Part shown: positions 39,499 through 49,489 of the stretch, piece after piece | Layout: every line of letters starts with the position of its first letter | Numbering within the stretch: position 1 is the first letter of the stretch | Source of the DNA: Actinomycetota bacterium | Lineage (GTDB): Bacteria > Actinomycetota > UBA4738 > HRBIN12 | Direction: 5' to 3' | Assembly: GCA_035249905.1 (NCBI GenBank) | Contig: DATFFT010000032.1 | Location: 6,778-70,777, forward strand | DNA length: 64,000 nucleotides | The notes under the pieces: model-generated | What the model saw: the letters and a program-made list of their open reading frames with translations, nothing else | Told to the model about the DNA's origin: nothing | Database searches by the model: none | Made by a program: the position numbers and the translations under genes

Positions 39499-42153
39499 AT
39501 GACCACCCCCGCGGCGTTCGCCGCCCAGTTCCCGTTCGCCCTGGACGAGTTCCAGGTGCAGGCCGCAGGAGCGGTCGAGGCCGGCATGTCCGTGCTCGTC
39601 GCGGCGCCGACCGGCAGCGGCAAGACCGTGGTCGCCGAATACGCGATCGAGCGTGCGCTGGCTCGCGGCGGCAAGTCGTTCTACACGACCCCCCTCAAGG
39701 CGCTCTCGAACCAGAAGTACGGCGATCTCGCCGCGAAGCACGGTGCCGACACCGTCGGCCTGCTCACCGGCGACAACACCGTCAACTCCGAGGCGCCCGT
39801 GGTGGTGATGACCACCGAGGTGCTGCGCAACATGCTGTACGAGCGCTCGGACACCCTCGATGGCCTCGTCAGCGTCGTGATGGACGAGGTGCACTACCTG
39901 CAGGACCCCTATCGGGGCGCGGTCTGGGAAGAGGTGCTGATCCATCTGCCGCTGAGCGTGTCGGTCGTCTGCTTGTCGGCCACGATCTCCAACGCCGAGG
40001 AGTTCGGCGAGTGGATCGGCACGCTGCGCGGCGAGACCAGGGTCGTCATCGAGGAGCAGCGTCCCGTGCCCCTCGAGCACCATTACCTGGTCGGTCACCG
40101 ACTGCATCCCATGCACGTCGAGCAGGACGGCGTGCCGATCCCCAACCCGTACGTGATCTCGCTCGATCAGAACGAGCTGCGAACGAAGGTCTACCATCGG
40201 CGGAGCAGCGGGTACCCCCAGCACGAACGCATCTCCCGGCCGCGGGAGGGTCACCGCCGGGTGTACGTGCCTCGGCGCTCCGAGGTCGTCGACGTGCTCG
40301 AGGAACACGGCATGCTGCCCGCGATCTACTTCGTGTTCAGCCGGGCGGGCTGCGACCGCAGCGTCCGGTGGATGCGGGAGGCCGGCATCTCGCTCACGAG
40401 CAGGGCCGAGGCCGATCACATCCGAGAGCTCGCCGAGACGAGAGCGGCGTGGATGGACGAGGACGATCTCGTCACGCTCGGTTTCTACGACTTCCTCGAC
40501 GGATTGACGGCGGGCGTCGCGGCTCACCACGCCGGCATGCTGCCGGTGTTCAAGGAGACGGTCGAGGAGCTGTTCGAGGCCGGGCTCGTGAAGGTCGTGT
40601 TCGCGACCGAGACCCTGTCGCTGGGCATCAACATGCCGGCCAAGACCGTCGTGATCGAAGACCTCTGGAAGTTCCAGGGCGAGCGGCACGAGCTGCTCAC
40701 TCCGGGGGAATACACGCAGCTCACGGGCCGGGCGGGGCGGCGAGGCATCGACGAGGTCGGCCATGCCGTCGTGCTGTACCAGCGACGGGTCGACTTCGAA
40801 CGGGTGGCCACGCTCGCGCAGCGGCGCACCTACGATCTCGTGTCGTCGTTCCGGCCCTCGTACAACATGGCGGTGAACCTCGCCCGGAACTACACCGAAG
40901 AGCAGGCACATCGCTTGCTGAACAGCTCGTTCGGTCAGTTCCTGGCCGATCGGAAGGTGGTGGGCCTCGAACGGGAACGTCGACGCGATGCCGAGGCGAT
41001 CGAGGGCTACCGCGCGAACATGCGCTGCCATCTCGGAGACTTCGACGAGTACTGGGCGCTGGTGACGAAGGCGCGCCTGCTGCGCGAGCAGGATCGCCAT
41101 GGCCACGAGAAGGCCCGCGCCGACGCGGTCCGAGCGGCCGTGGGGAAGCTGCGGCCCGGCGAGGTGATCTCGGTTCCCAACGGCAGACGAGGGGGCATCG
41201 GCGTCGTCGTCAGCTCCCGTGACGGGAAGCCGACCGTGCTGACGCAGGACCGGCGCCACTTCCGACTGGCGGCGCGCGACTTCCGGGATCCGCCCGCCGT
41301 GCTGACCCGCATCCCGCTGCCTCGCACGGGGAGCGCGCGCAGCAGCCGCTACCGCCGCGACGTCGCGGCCAAGCTCGTCTCGCTCGACGTCCGGCCGCAG
41401 AAGGCTCCGAAGCACCGGGCGGATCCCTCGGTCGAGCGGGAGGCGACGAAGCTCGACGACCGGGCCGCGCGGCATCCGTGTCACTCCTGTCCCGAGCGGG
41501 CCAAACACGAGCGATGGGCGAGACGGGTCGACGAGCGGGAGGCATCGCTCTCGAGCACAGAGCGGCGCATCCGGGTGCGAACCGAGACGCTCGCCCGCCA
41601 GTTCGACCGCGTGCTCTCCGTGCTCAGGGCGCTCGGCTACGTCGATGGCTGGTCCGTCACCACGAAGGGCCGTTCGCTCTCCCGCATCTACGGGGAGGGC
41701 GACATCCTGGTCGCCGAGGCGCTGGCCCGGGGCCTGTTCGACGACCTAGAGCCTGCGGAGGTGGCGGCGCTGCTGTCCTCCGTCGTGTACGAGGGACGGG
41801 AACGGGTGCCGCTGTCGGGCGAGATGCCCACCCCGGAGACCAAGGAACGCTACGAGGCCCTGCAGCGCACCTGGCGCCGTGTGCGGCGCACCGAGGACGA
41901 GCACCAGGTACAGCTCTGCCGAGAGCTCGAAGCGGGATTCGCCACGCCGATCTTCCACTGGGCGAACGGTCGACCGCTCGAGGAGGTGCTCGCGGAGACG
42001 GAGATGGCTCCGGGCGACTTCGTGCGGAACTGCAAGCAGCTGGTCGATCTGCTCCGCCAGGTCGAAGAGGTCGCGAACCCGGAGACCGCGGCGTTGTTCG
42101 CCGGGGCCAGGTCGGCCGTGATGCGCGGCGTCGTCGCCTACACCGGCGTGTAG
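39499..42153 (+). CDS. helY: Ski2-like DEAD/DEAH-box RNA helicase HelY
   Basis: 884 aa. Walker A APTGSGKT, DEVH box, SAT, helicase-C motifs. Position downstream of tatC as in M. tuberculosis Rv2092c. Confidence 0.9.
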   Translation: MTTPAAFAAQFPFALDEFQVQAAGAVEAGMSVLVAAPTGSGKTVVAEYAIERALARGGKSFYTTPLKALSNQKYGDLAAKHGADTVGLLTGDNTVNSEAPVVVMTTEVLRNMLYERSDTLDGLVSVVMDEVHYLQDPYRGAVWEEVLIHLPLSVSVVCLSATISNAEEFGEWIGTLRGETRVVIEEQRPVPLEHHYLVGHRLHPMHVEQDGVPIPNPYVISLDQNELRTKVYHRRSSGYPQHERISRPREGHRRVYVPRRSEVVDVLEEHGMLPAIYFVFSRAGCDRSVRWMREAGISLTSRAEADHIRELAETRAAWMDEDDLVTLGFYDFLDGLTAGVAAHHAGMLPVFKETVEELFEAGLVKVVFATETLSLGINMPAKTVVIEDLWKFQGERHELLTPGEYTQLTGRAGRRGIDEVGHAVVLYQRRVDFERVATLAQRRTYDLVSSFRPSYNMAVNLARNYTEEQAHRLLNSSFGQFLADRKVVGLERERRRDAEAIEGYRANMRCHLGDFDEYWALVTKARLLREQDRHGHEKARADAVRAAVGKLRPGEVISVPNGRRGGIGVVVSSRDGKPTVLTQDRRHFRLAARDFRDPPAVLTRIPLPRTGSARSSRYRRDVAAKLVSLDVRPQKAPKHRADPSVEREATKLDDRAARHPCHSCPERAKHERWARRVDEREASLSSTERRIRVRTETLARQFDRVLSVLRALGYVDGWSVTTKGRSLSRIYGEGDILVAEALARGLFDDLEPAEVAALLSSVVYEGRERVPLSGEMPTPETKERYEALQRTWRRVRRTEDEHQVQLCRELEAGFATPIFHWANGRPLEEVLAETEMAPGDFVRNCKQLVDLLRQVEEVANPETAALFAGARSAVMRGVVAYTGV

Positions 42154-42169
42154 CTACGATGCTGCCGCG

Positions 42170-43099
42170 ATGACCAGTCCCTTCGGAAACCTCGCCGTGA
42201 TCGCCGATCCGTCGGCCGATCGCGGTGGGGTGGGGGAGCGGCTGCCGGCGCTGCGACGAGCGCTCACGGCCGCCGACCTCGACTTCCGGCTGAGCATCGC
42301 GGAGGGCCGAGGGCAGGGCGCCGCCCTGGCCACCGCCGCCCTCGACGAGGGCTACCGATACGTCGTAGCCGTCGGCGACGACGCCAGCGTGCAGGACGTC
42401 GTGAACGGGTTGTTCCGCGACGGCGCTCCGATCGTCGAGGAACCGGTGCTCGGCGTAGTGGCGGCCGACTCGGCCAACGACCTGCTGCACAGCTTCGGGC
42501 TGCCGGGCGATCTCGACGGCGGCGTGCGCCACCTGACCGGCGACACCACGTACCCGTTCGATGTGATGCGCGTCACGTGTACCGGGCCCGACGGCGAGCA
42601 GCGCACCCGGTACGCCCACAACCTCGCGCAGATCGGGCTGGGCGCGAACGCGGAGCTCGCGCGCCGCAGGCTGCCCGCCTGGCTGGGCGACCGACGTCGC
42701 AGGTTCCTCGGGTTCTGGCGCGGTTATCTGGGCACACGCCGGCGCGCCCTGCGCATCGGCTACGACCTGAAGACCTGGGAAGGGACAGGCTTCCACGTGG
42801 TGATCGGCAACGGCCAATTCACGTCCGGGGTGCGCCTCTCGCCCCGATCGTACCCCGGCGACGGCGTCCTCGATGCGTTGGTGTTCACCGGGCAGACCTC
42901 CGATGCGTACACGATGATGCCTCGCATCATGCGCCACGGTGGGCACGTGCCCGACGATTCGATCAAGGAGCTCCGGGCCAAGATCCGCTTCTCGGTCGAG
43001 GCCGACCGGCCGTTGGCCCTGGTGGCCGACGGGGAGCCCTTCGGCACCACACCCGCGATGTTCCAGGTCGTGCCTCAGCAGATCCTCCTCAAGCTCTAG
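42170..43099 (+). CDS. DAGK_cat-family lipid kinase (second copy)
   Basis: LAVIADPSADRG...VVAVGDDASV resembles the YegS/BmrU fold. Paralogous to 37778..38692. Confidence 0.65.
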   Translation: MTSPFGNLAVIADPSADRGGVGERLPALRRALTAADLDFRLSIAEGRGQGAALATAALDEGYRYVVAVGDDASVQDVVNGLFRDGAPIVEEPVLGVVAADSANDLLHSFGLPGDLDGGVRHLTGDTTYPFDVMRVTCTGPDGEQRTRYAHNLAQIGLGANAELARRRLPAWLGDRRRRFLGFWRGYLGTRRRALRIGYDLKTWEGTGFHVVIGNGQFTSGVRLSPRSYPGDGVLDALVFTGQTSDAYTMMPRIMRHGGHVPDDSIKELRAKIRFSVEADRPLALVADGEPFGTTPAMFQVVPQQILLKL

Positions 43100-43106
43100 G
43101 AGCCGT

Positions 43107-44204
43107 GTGAACGTTCGCCTCGTGGACCGGATGGACCGAGCTGCCGAGGAAGCCTCCTCGCAGGGTTTCGAGGCGCTCGTCATCCCTCCGTCGCCCGATC
43201 TCGCCTACCTCACGGGGTACGACCCGATGCCGCTCGAACGTCCGACGCTGCTCGTGGTGCGGCCCGGAGAAGCCCCCGCCATGCTCGTGCCGGAGCTCGA
43301 ACGTCCGCTGGCCTCGGATGCTCCCGGCGCCACGGCGATCGAGCTCGTGCCGTGGTCCGACGGGTCGGATCCGTACGCCCGGGCGGAGCGCCTGCTGCCC
43401 GATGCGGGCCGGGTCGCGGTCGGCGACCGCCTCTGGGCGAGCCACCTGCTCGGCCTCCAGCGGGCCCTTCCCGGGCTCACGTTCGAGGCGGCCTCGACGG
43501 TCATGGCTCGGCTGCGAATGGTCAAGGACGAGGACGAGCTCGCCGCCCTTCGGCGGGCCGCCCGAGGCGCCGACGAATCGTTCCGGACGATCTGCACGAT
43601 GCAGTTCCTCGGTCGCCGAGAGGACGAGGTGGCGGCGGACCTGGCCGACCTCCTCGTCCACAACGGGCACTCGCGCGCCGAGTTCACGATCGTGGCGAGC
43701 GGCTCCAACGCCGCATCGCCGCACCACGAGCCCGGCAGCCGCACGATCTTGCCCAAGGATGCGGTCGTGATGGACTTCGGCGGCGAGCTCGGCGGGTATT
43801 ACAGCGACACGACCCGCACGGTCGTGGTCGGAGAGCCGCCGGCGGGCTTCGAGCGCGTCTACGAATCCGTGCGCCGGGCCCAGGCGGCCGCGTGCGAAGC
43901 GGTGGTCCCTGGGATCTCGGCGCAGGATATCGACCGCGTGGCACGCCGCATCATCGAGGAGGCCGGATTCGGTGCACGCTTCATCCATCGCACCGGCCAC
44001 GGCATCGGCCTCGAGGTGCACGAGCCTCCCTATCTCGTGGAAGGGAACGATCAGACCCTGGAACCCGGCACGACGTTCTCGGTCGAGCCCGGCGTCTACC
44101 TCGAGGGGGAGTTCGGCGTCCGGATCGAGGACATCGTGGCGGTCACCGCCCAGGGGGTGGAGCGGCTGAACCGTTCGACGCGCGAGCTGCAGGTGGTCGG
44201 GTAG
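43107..44204 (+). CDS. pepE: M24-family Xaa-Pro aminopeptidase/dipeptidase
   Basis: GTG 43107 with RBS AGGAG. Metal ligands in DFGGELGGYYSD..HRTGHGIGLEVHE..EPG..RIED. Confidence 0.85.
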   Translation: MNVRLVDRMDRAAEEASSQGFEALVIPPSPDLAYLTGYDPMPLERPTLLVVRPGEAPAMLVPELERPLASDAPGATAIELVPWSDGSDPYARAERLLPDAGRVAVGDRLWASHLLGLQRALPGLTFEAASTVMARLRMVKDEDELAALRRAARGADESFRTICTMQFLGRREDEVAADLADLLVHNGHSRAEFTIVASGSNAASPHHEPGSRTILPKDAVVMDFGGELGGYYSDTTRTVVVGEPPAGFERVYESVRRAQAAACEAVVPGISAQDIDRVARRIIEEAGFGARFIHRTGHGIGLEVHEPPYLVEGNDQTLEPGTTFSVEPGVYLEGEFGVRIEDIVAVTAQGVERLNRSTRELQVVG

Positions 44205-44210
44205 GAGCGC

Positions 44211-45602
44211 CTAGATCCGCGGCCTCACGCGAGTACCCTCCGGAGTGTCCATCACCTCGAGCCCAACCCCCGTGAGCTCGTCACGCAGGCGGTCGCTCTC
44301 GGCGTAGTCCTTGGCGGCACGGGCTGCATCGCGGCGGGCCACCAGCTCGAGCACGTCGTCGGGCGCGGTCCAGCCACTCGTCGCCTCACGCTCCAGGTCG
44401 AGTCCCAGCACCGCGTCCCAGGCGGCGAGCAAGGCGTACTTCTCGCCGTCGGACACTCCTGCGTCGCCGACGAGGTCGTTCACGACCACCACGGCCGACG
44501 GCATGTCGAGGTCGGCGGCAACCGAATCGCGGAACCGCGCATCGAACGCCGCCGCGGCATCGCCCGATGTTGCTGCGGCGGGCGCCCAGTCGGCCATACG
44601 CCGCCGCAGCTGCTTGACCTTCGCGTCGGCCGCATCCATCGCGTCCCACGTGAAGTCCATCTCCGAGCGATAGCGCGTCTGGAACGTGAGCCACCGGAAC
44701 GACAGCGCGTCCAGGCCTCGCGCGGTCAGATCCTCGACCTGGACCACGTTGCCCGTCGACTTCGAGATCTTCTGCCCGGTCTGACGGAGATGCCCGCCGT
44801 GGACCCAGATCGAGACCACCTGATGTCCCACGGCCGCCTCGCTCTGCGCGATCTCGTCCTCGTGATGGGGGAAGCGCAGATCGTTGCCGCCCGTGTGGAT
44901 GTCGAAGCGTTCGCCCAGGAACTTCATCGACATCGCTGAGCATTCGATATGCCACCCGGGGAAACCGACGCCCCACGGGGACTCCCACTTCATCAGACGC
45001 CCTGGGCCCGCCGCCTTCCACAACGCGAAGTCGGCGGGATGCCGTTTGGCGGGATCGGCTTCGAGGTCGCGATGGCCCTCGCGCAGGTGATCGAGGGTGT
45101 TGCCGCTGAGCTTGCCGTACCCGGGGAACGACGTCACGTCGAAGTACACGCTTCCCGACTCGACCACGTACGCGTGGCCTCTGTCGATCAGCGTCCGGGT
45201 GAGCTCGATCATCTCCTGGATGTGATCGGTCGCCTTCGGGTACTCGTGGGCGGGGCGGATGCCGACCGCCTCCGCGTCGGCGAAGACGGCCTCGGCGTAC
45301 TTCTCGGCGATGTCGAGAGGCGTGAGCCCTTCGTCTTCGACGGCGAGCAGCATCTTGTCGACCGCATCGGACGAGGCCTCGTCGGTCATGTGGCCCACGT
45401 CGGTGATGTTCATGATCTGGGTGACCCGATAACCCTCGAGCTCCAGGCCGCGACGGATCAGATCACCCAGCATGAACGTGCGGAGGTTCCCCAGGTGCGC
45501 GAAGCGGTACACGGTGGGCCCGCACGTGTACATCGTGACGAGCCCCGCGTGCACGGGACGGACCTCGCGGACCTCGCGCGTCAGCGTGTCGTACAGCCGC
45601 AT
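44211..45602 (-). CDS. cysS: cysteine--tRNA ligase family (CysS; the MshC paralog cannot be fully excluded)
   Basis: HIGH-like AHLGNLRT, KISKS (KMSKS), Zn-ligand-region pattern. Resembles the Bacillus-type CysS (HIGNARP) more than the MshC (HLGHAATY) pattern. Confidence 0.7.
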   Translation of the reverse strand: MRLYDTLTREVREVRPVHAGLVTMYTCGPTVYRFAHLGNLRTFMLGDLIRRGLELEGYRVTQIMNITDVGHMTDEASSDAVDKMLLAVEDEGLTPLDIAEKYAEAVFADAEAVGIRPAHEYPKATDHIQEMIELTRTLIDRGHAYVVESGSVYFDVTSFPGYGKLSGNTLDHLREGHRDLEADPAKRHPADFALWKAAGPGRLMKWESPWGVGFPGWHIECSAMSMKFLGERFDIHTGGNDLRFPHHEDEIAQSEAAVGHQVVSIWVHGGHLRQTGQKISKSTGNVVQVEDLTARGLDALSFRWLTFQTRYRSEMDFTWDAMDAADAKVKQLRRRMADWAPAAATSGDAAAAFDARFRDSVAADLDMPSAVVVVNDLVGDAGVSDGEKYALLAAWDAVLGLDLEREATSGWTAPDDVLELVARRDAARAAKDYAESDRLRDELTGVGLEVMDTPEGTRVRPRI

Positions 45603-45635
45603 GGACGGGAGCCTACCGTCGGTGGCGGCCGTCGA

Positions 45636-48056
45636 TCATGCGTCGTCGGGGCGCGGTGGGGAATCGTGGTCGTGCCGGAGCCGTGGCCGCTCCGCCTGTG
45701 GAAGGTGGCCGCCGCCCGGCGCGCTCACGACCTCGACGGGCGGCGGGGGCACCGGCACCGGGATCCTCACGTCGACCCCCCCGTGCTCCTTGTGCGCGCG
45801 CAGGACCGCGTCGTGGTAGCGCTCGAGCATCTGACGGAACGCGGCGTCGTGGTAGGGGCGGCCGTCGACCGTCGGCCCCTGCATACCCTCGATGATCGCC
45901 TCGACATCGTCACCGGTGATCGTCTTCTCGGCCTCGAGCGCGTGGGCCAGCGCGAGGACGTCGATCCGGTGTTCGCGGAGCAACTCCTTCGTGCGGTCGT
46001 AGAGGTCGGCGAGCTTCTCCTCGACGCTGCGCCCGAACGTCGAATCGAACATCGCGCGGTCGGCTCCGGTCTCGAGCGCCTGAGCGCCGCGCATGCCTGC
46101 GAGCGTCACGGATCTGGAGGCCAACGTGTCGCCCATGGCGTAGAAGGCGAGCGCCTGGGTCGTCATCGCCGTCGCCGCGTTCATGTCCCCCCCGACGCCC
46201 ATCGAGTGGTCGTCGTCGAAGAACATGCGTTCGCCGGCCAGCGATGCCAGGGCGGTCATGACGTCGATCTCGCGCTCCGTGCGCCACTGCACGAACTGGT
46301 CCTCGGGCGGGATCGACGAGACGAATCCGCCGACATCGCCACGGCGTTCGATCGTGGCCATGTCGATCACGGCGTGCTTGCGCAGGCGGTACGCCACGAT
46401 CGCATGGCATGCCTCGTGCACGGCGACCGAGTGACGCTCGCGCTCGATGTACTCGTGGTCGTCGGGAAGCCCGTGCTGCTTCAGCTGCTTGGCCTTCACC
46501 ACGTCGGCGAAGGTCACGGTGTCACGGTCGTCGCGGATCGCGATGACCAATCCCTCGTTGACGATGTCTTTGATCGAGGCGCCCGAGAAGTACGGGGTGA
46601 TCGTCGCGAGCTTGTCGATCTGCTCCTCGGATAGGTCGTTGGAGACCTTCGCGAGGTAGTACTCGAACGTGGCCCGGCGCCCGTCCTTCTGTGGATAGCC
46701 GACCTTGTATTGGCGGTCGACACGGCCCGGCCGGAGCATCGCCGGGTCGAGCGTGTTCGGCATGTTCGTCGCGAAGATGTGCAGGATGCGGTACTTCGGC
46801 GGGGGTTTCGGCTTCATGCCGAGCAGCTTCCTGATCTTGTTGATCAGGCCCTTGGGCTTGGTGAGCCCCGACATCTCCGCGAGGAGAGCCTGCAGGGTGC
46901 CCATGCCGCCGCCGCCGCCCATGCCGCCCATGATGACCTGCTCCTTGTACGGCGCTCCAAGGCCTGGCGCGCTCGTGGCGGCCTGGAACGTGCTGTCGCG
47001 GCCGGCCTCGGACAGGTAGGCCAGTCCGTTGCAAGCGGGAGCCGTCGACCACGGGGAGACCGGCGTGTAGCTGGTCGCGACCTGCTGGCCGCGACTGCCG
47101 AGCGAGTCCGCCTCGTCGATGAAGACGATGGCGCCTCCGTACCTCATCGAGAGCTTGCGGAGCTTCCGGTAGAGCGAGCGAACCTTCAGGATCCCGACGC
47201 CCATGAACATGTTGATGAACGCCCCCGCGTCCACGTTCACGAACGGCTTGGCCGTCTCGCCCGCGACCGCCTGGGCCATCAGCGTCTTCCCGGTGCCGGG
47301 GGGACCCCAGAGCAGGATGCCGCCCGGCACATATCCGCCTCGCGACTCGATCGCCTCGGGGTCATCGAGGAAGACCAGCGTCTCCTTGAGCTGCCCGAGC
47401 GCCGCGTCCTGACCCTTCACGTCGTCGAACCGGGTCTCGATCTCGTCGGGCATGATCGTGTCGATGCCGCCCCTCGAGAGGAACCAGAAGAGCCCGACGA
47501 ACTGGAACATCACGAAGAAGAACCCGAACGCCAGCTGGAACACGAACGGCAGCGCGACCACCAGGCGTGCCGGCGCCTCGATCAGCCCGAGCCAAACGGG
47601 CTCCGTGCCGAAGATGCGTCCGAGCAGCGTGCTCACCACGAGCAGGAAGACGAGGAGCTTGAAGGCACGGGCGGCGCGGTAGCGGGTGTAGTCGCGCATC
47701 CTGCCGAGCTGTCGGTCGGCTCCGCCGAAGACGGTCTGCTGCCAGAAGCGGTAGTAGCCCTTCGAGCGTTCCTGGATGAAGTAGTGGACCTGCCGGAGGA
47801 ACTCGAGCCCCATCAGCAGCAGCAGCCACGAGTAGTCGCTGATCGCGATCCGGACGGCGTCGACGAACGGACCGTCGAGCGGCCGCACGGTGGTGCTCCA
47901 GACCACCGCGAGCCCGGCGAGCCACAGGATGCCCAGGAACAGGAGCAGCTTGATGCGATCCCACAGCACCGCCTTGGCGCGCGTCTGCCGCTCCGACGCG
48001 CGGGGCCGTGAAGGCCGGTCGACCACGATCTTGGAGTTGGGGCCGTTCGTGCTCAT
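45636..48056 (-). CDS. divergent FtsH-family membrane AAA+ zinc metalloprotease
   Basis: Four N-terminal TM helices, Walker A GPPGTGKT, Walker B IVFIDEADS, a ~70-aa Gly/Pro/Lys-rich insert before sensor-1, arginine finger LRPGRVDRQ, M41 zinc site HEACHAI. Start chosen at the internal ATG 48056, which overlaps the lipoprotein stop (ATGA); ORF-track start is 48116. Confidence 0.8.
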   Translation of the reverse strand: MSTNGPNSKIVVDRPSRPRASERQTRAKAVLWDRIKLLLFLGILWLAGLAVVWSTTVRPLDGPFVDAVRIAISDYSWLLLLMGLEFLRQVHYFIQERSKGYYRFWQQTVFGGADRQLGRMRDYTRYRAARAFKLLVFLLVVSTLLGRIFGTEPVWLGLIEAPARLVVALPFVFQLAFGFFFVMFQFVGLFWFLSRGGIDTIMPDEIETRFDDVKGQDAALGQLKETLVFLDDPEAIESRGGYVPGGILLWGPPGTGKTLMAQAVAGETAKPFVNVDAGAFINMFMGVGILKVRSLYRKLRKLSMRYGGAIVFIDEADSLGSRGQQVATSYTPVSPWSTAPACNGLAYLSEAGRDSTFQAATSAPGLGAPYKEQVIMGGMGGGGGMGTLQALLAEMSGLTKPKGLINKIRKLLGMKPKPPPKYRILHIFATNMPNTLDPAMLRPGRVDRQYKVGYPQKDGRRATFEYYLAKVSNDLSEEQIDKLATITPYFSGASIKDIVNEGLVIAIRDDRDTVTFADVVKAKQLKQHGLPDDHEYIERERHSVAVHEACHAIVAYRLRKHAVIDMATIERRGDVGGFVSSIPPEDQFVQWRTEREIDVMTALASLAGERMFFDDDHSMGVGGDMNAATAMTTQALAFYAMGDTLASRSVTLAGMRGAQALETGADRAMFDSTFGRSVEEKLADLYDRTKELLREHRIDVLALAHALEAEKTITGDDVEAIIEGMQGPTVDGRPYHDAAFRQMLERYHDAVLRAHKEHGGVDVRIPVPVPPPPVEVVSAPGGGHLPQAERPRLRHDHDSPPRPDDA

Positions 48057-48739
48057 GCGATCACCGCCCATGACTCGATCACGGATTCGATATCGCCGCG
48101 GTTGCGGCCGTAACATTCAGCGCTGCAGAGCACCGCGAGTACGTAGACCTTGTCGGATGCTGGGTCCATGTACGCGGTCTGCGAGATCTGCACGAACCGA
48201 TCGTCGAGCAAGACGGAACTGCCGTTGTCCGCGGAGGCTTCCCCGGTCAGCGCGGATGCCCAGATCTGCGCTTCGAAGTGAAGGCCGCGGAACCCGTCCT
48301 TCTCGATGCGGTCGTCATACGCGAGCAGTTGCACCGCCTCGCGTCCCACCTGATCCTGGATCGAGTCGATCGGCACGATCAGGTTCCGCAGGGCCCCGTA
48401 GTTGATGCCGTCGCGCTGTTGTGCGGTCAGCCGCAACACGGCGGCGATTCCCTGCGGATAATCGGAGTCGAAGGCTCCCTCGCTCAACACGTGTTCGACC
48501 GCGGGCGAGGGATGGGCGTCGAGCCCGATCAGCCACTCGACCGGATCCGGCGTGCTGACAGGCGGCCCGGCCGGTTCGCCCTGCAGGGCGGCCTCGTCGA
48601 AGACCGTCCAGTCGATCGGCACCTTGAACGCCGTTCGCGCCTCGGTGTTGCGCACGTACTCGTAGCTCGGCGAGCCGCAGGCCGCCACGATCGCCGAGGC
48701 GACCACGAGACCGGCTCCGAGGAAGGGGCGGCGCCTCAT
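48053..48739 (-). CDS. lipoprotein of unknown function
   Basis: Signal plus lipobox MRRRPFLGAGLVVASAIVAAC|GSP. 228 aa. Translationally coupled to the FtsH-like gene. Confidence 0.65.
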   Translation of the reverse strand: MRRRPFLGAGLVVASAIVAACGSPSYEYVRNTEARTAFKVPIDWTVFDEAALQGEPAGPPVSTPDPVEWLIGLDAHPSPAVEHVLSEGAFDSDYPQGIAAVLRLTAQQRDGINYGALRNLIVPIDSIQDQVGREAVQLLAYDDRIEKDGFRGLHFEAQIWASALTGEASADNGSSVLLDDRFVQISQTAYMDPASDKVYVLAVLCSAECYGRNRGDIESVIESWAVIA

Positions 48740-48822
48740 CGGTTCATCATCCCACGCTCTCTTCGGTGTGGAACCCCCAGGAGATGAGTATCGGCCCGGC
48801 CCCCGGAACCTTCAGCGTCTCG

Positions 48823-49266
48823 TCAGGACGGTAGGGGGCGGCGCTCGAACGGGATCGAGAGCACGATCGTCGTGCGGGTGGCGACGTTCGCCTTCTCACG
48901 GAGACGCCGGATCAGGTCCTCGAGCTCGGCCGTCGTGCCCGTGCGTACCTTGAGCATGTAGTTGGCCTCGCCGGCGATGCTGTAGCAGTCCTCGACCTCG
49001 GGGAACTCGGCGACCCGCTGAGGCAGGTCGTCGGGCTGGCGGGGGTCCAGCGGCGAGGCGGCGATCAGGGCGGTCACGAACAGGCCCAGCGCTTCGGGAT
49101 CGACGATCGCGGAGTAGCGCCGGATCACTCCCTGCTCTTCGAGCTTGCGGACCCGATCGTGCACGGCGGAAGCGGAGAGCCGCACACGCGTGGCGACGTC
49201 GGCGTAGGTCGCCCGGGCGTCATCCTGGAGGGCGGCGATGATCTCGAGGTCCCGGTCGTCGAGCAT
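48823..49266 (-). CDS. Lrp/AsnC-family transcriptional regulator
   Basis: Start at internal ATG MLDDRDLEIIAALQDDARATYADVA (HTH) plus a C-terminal RAM domain. Confidence 0.85.
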   Translation of the reverse strand: MLDDRDLEIIAALQDDARATYADVATRVRLSASAVHDRVRKLEEQGVIRRYSAIVDPEALGLFVTALIAASPLDPRQPDDLPQRVAEFPEVEDCYSIAGEANYMLKVRTGTTAELEDLIRRLREKANVATRTTIVLSIPFERRPLPS

Positions 49267-49489
49267 CGGCTCATCATAGGGGGGGTGGCCGGGCACGGGG
49301 ACGGGCGGACAGGCGATCGATCCGTCGCATCGGCCGGCCCTCACCCGGCCCACGAGCGGGGGAGCGGGGCGGGGGATGCTTCCTTATTCCGGCGGCCGAT
49401 TGCCCGGCCGGCCTCCTCCCGGGTACAAACGTGCTTCCGACGCCGACCTCCTTCCGGCCCGTCGTGACGATCCGGGGGGAGGGTTCCAC

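Noticed and set aside
38317-41508. 1063-aa minus-strand ORF
   Set aside because: Antisense to DAGK, the hydrolase and helY, whose products have unmistakable motifs. Arg/Pro/Gly-rich junk translation typical of a 70% GC genome.
41657-43183. 508-aa minus-strand ORF
   Set aside because: Antisense to the helY 3' end and the second DAGK-like gene. Arg/Pro-rich junk.
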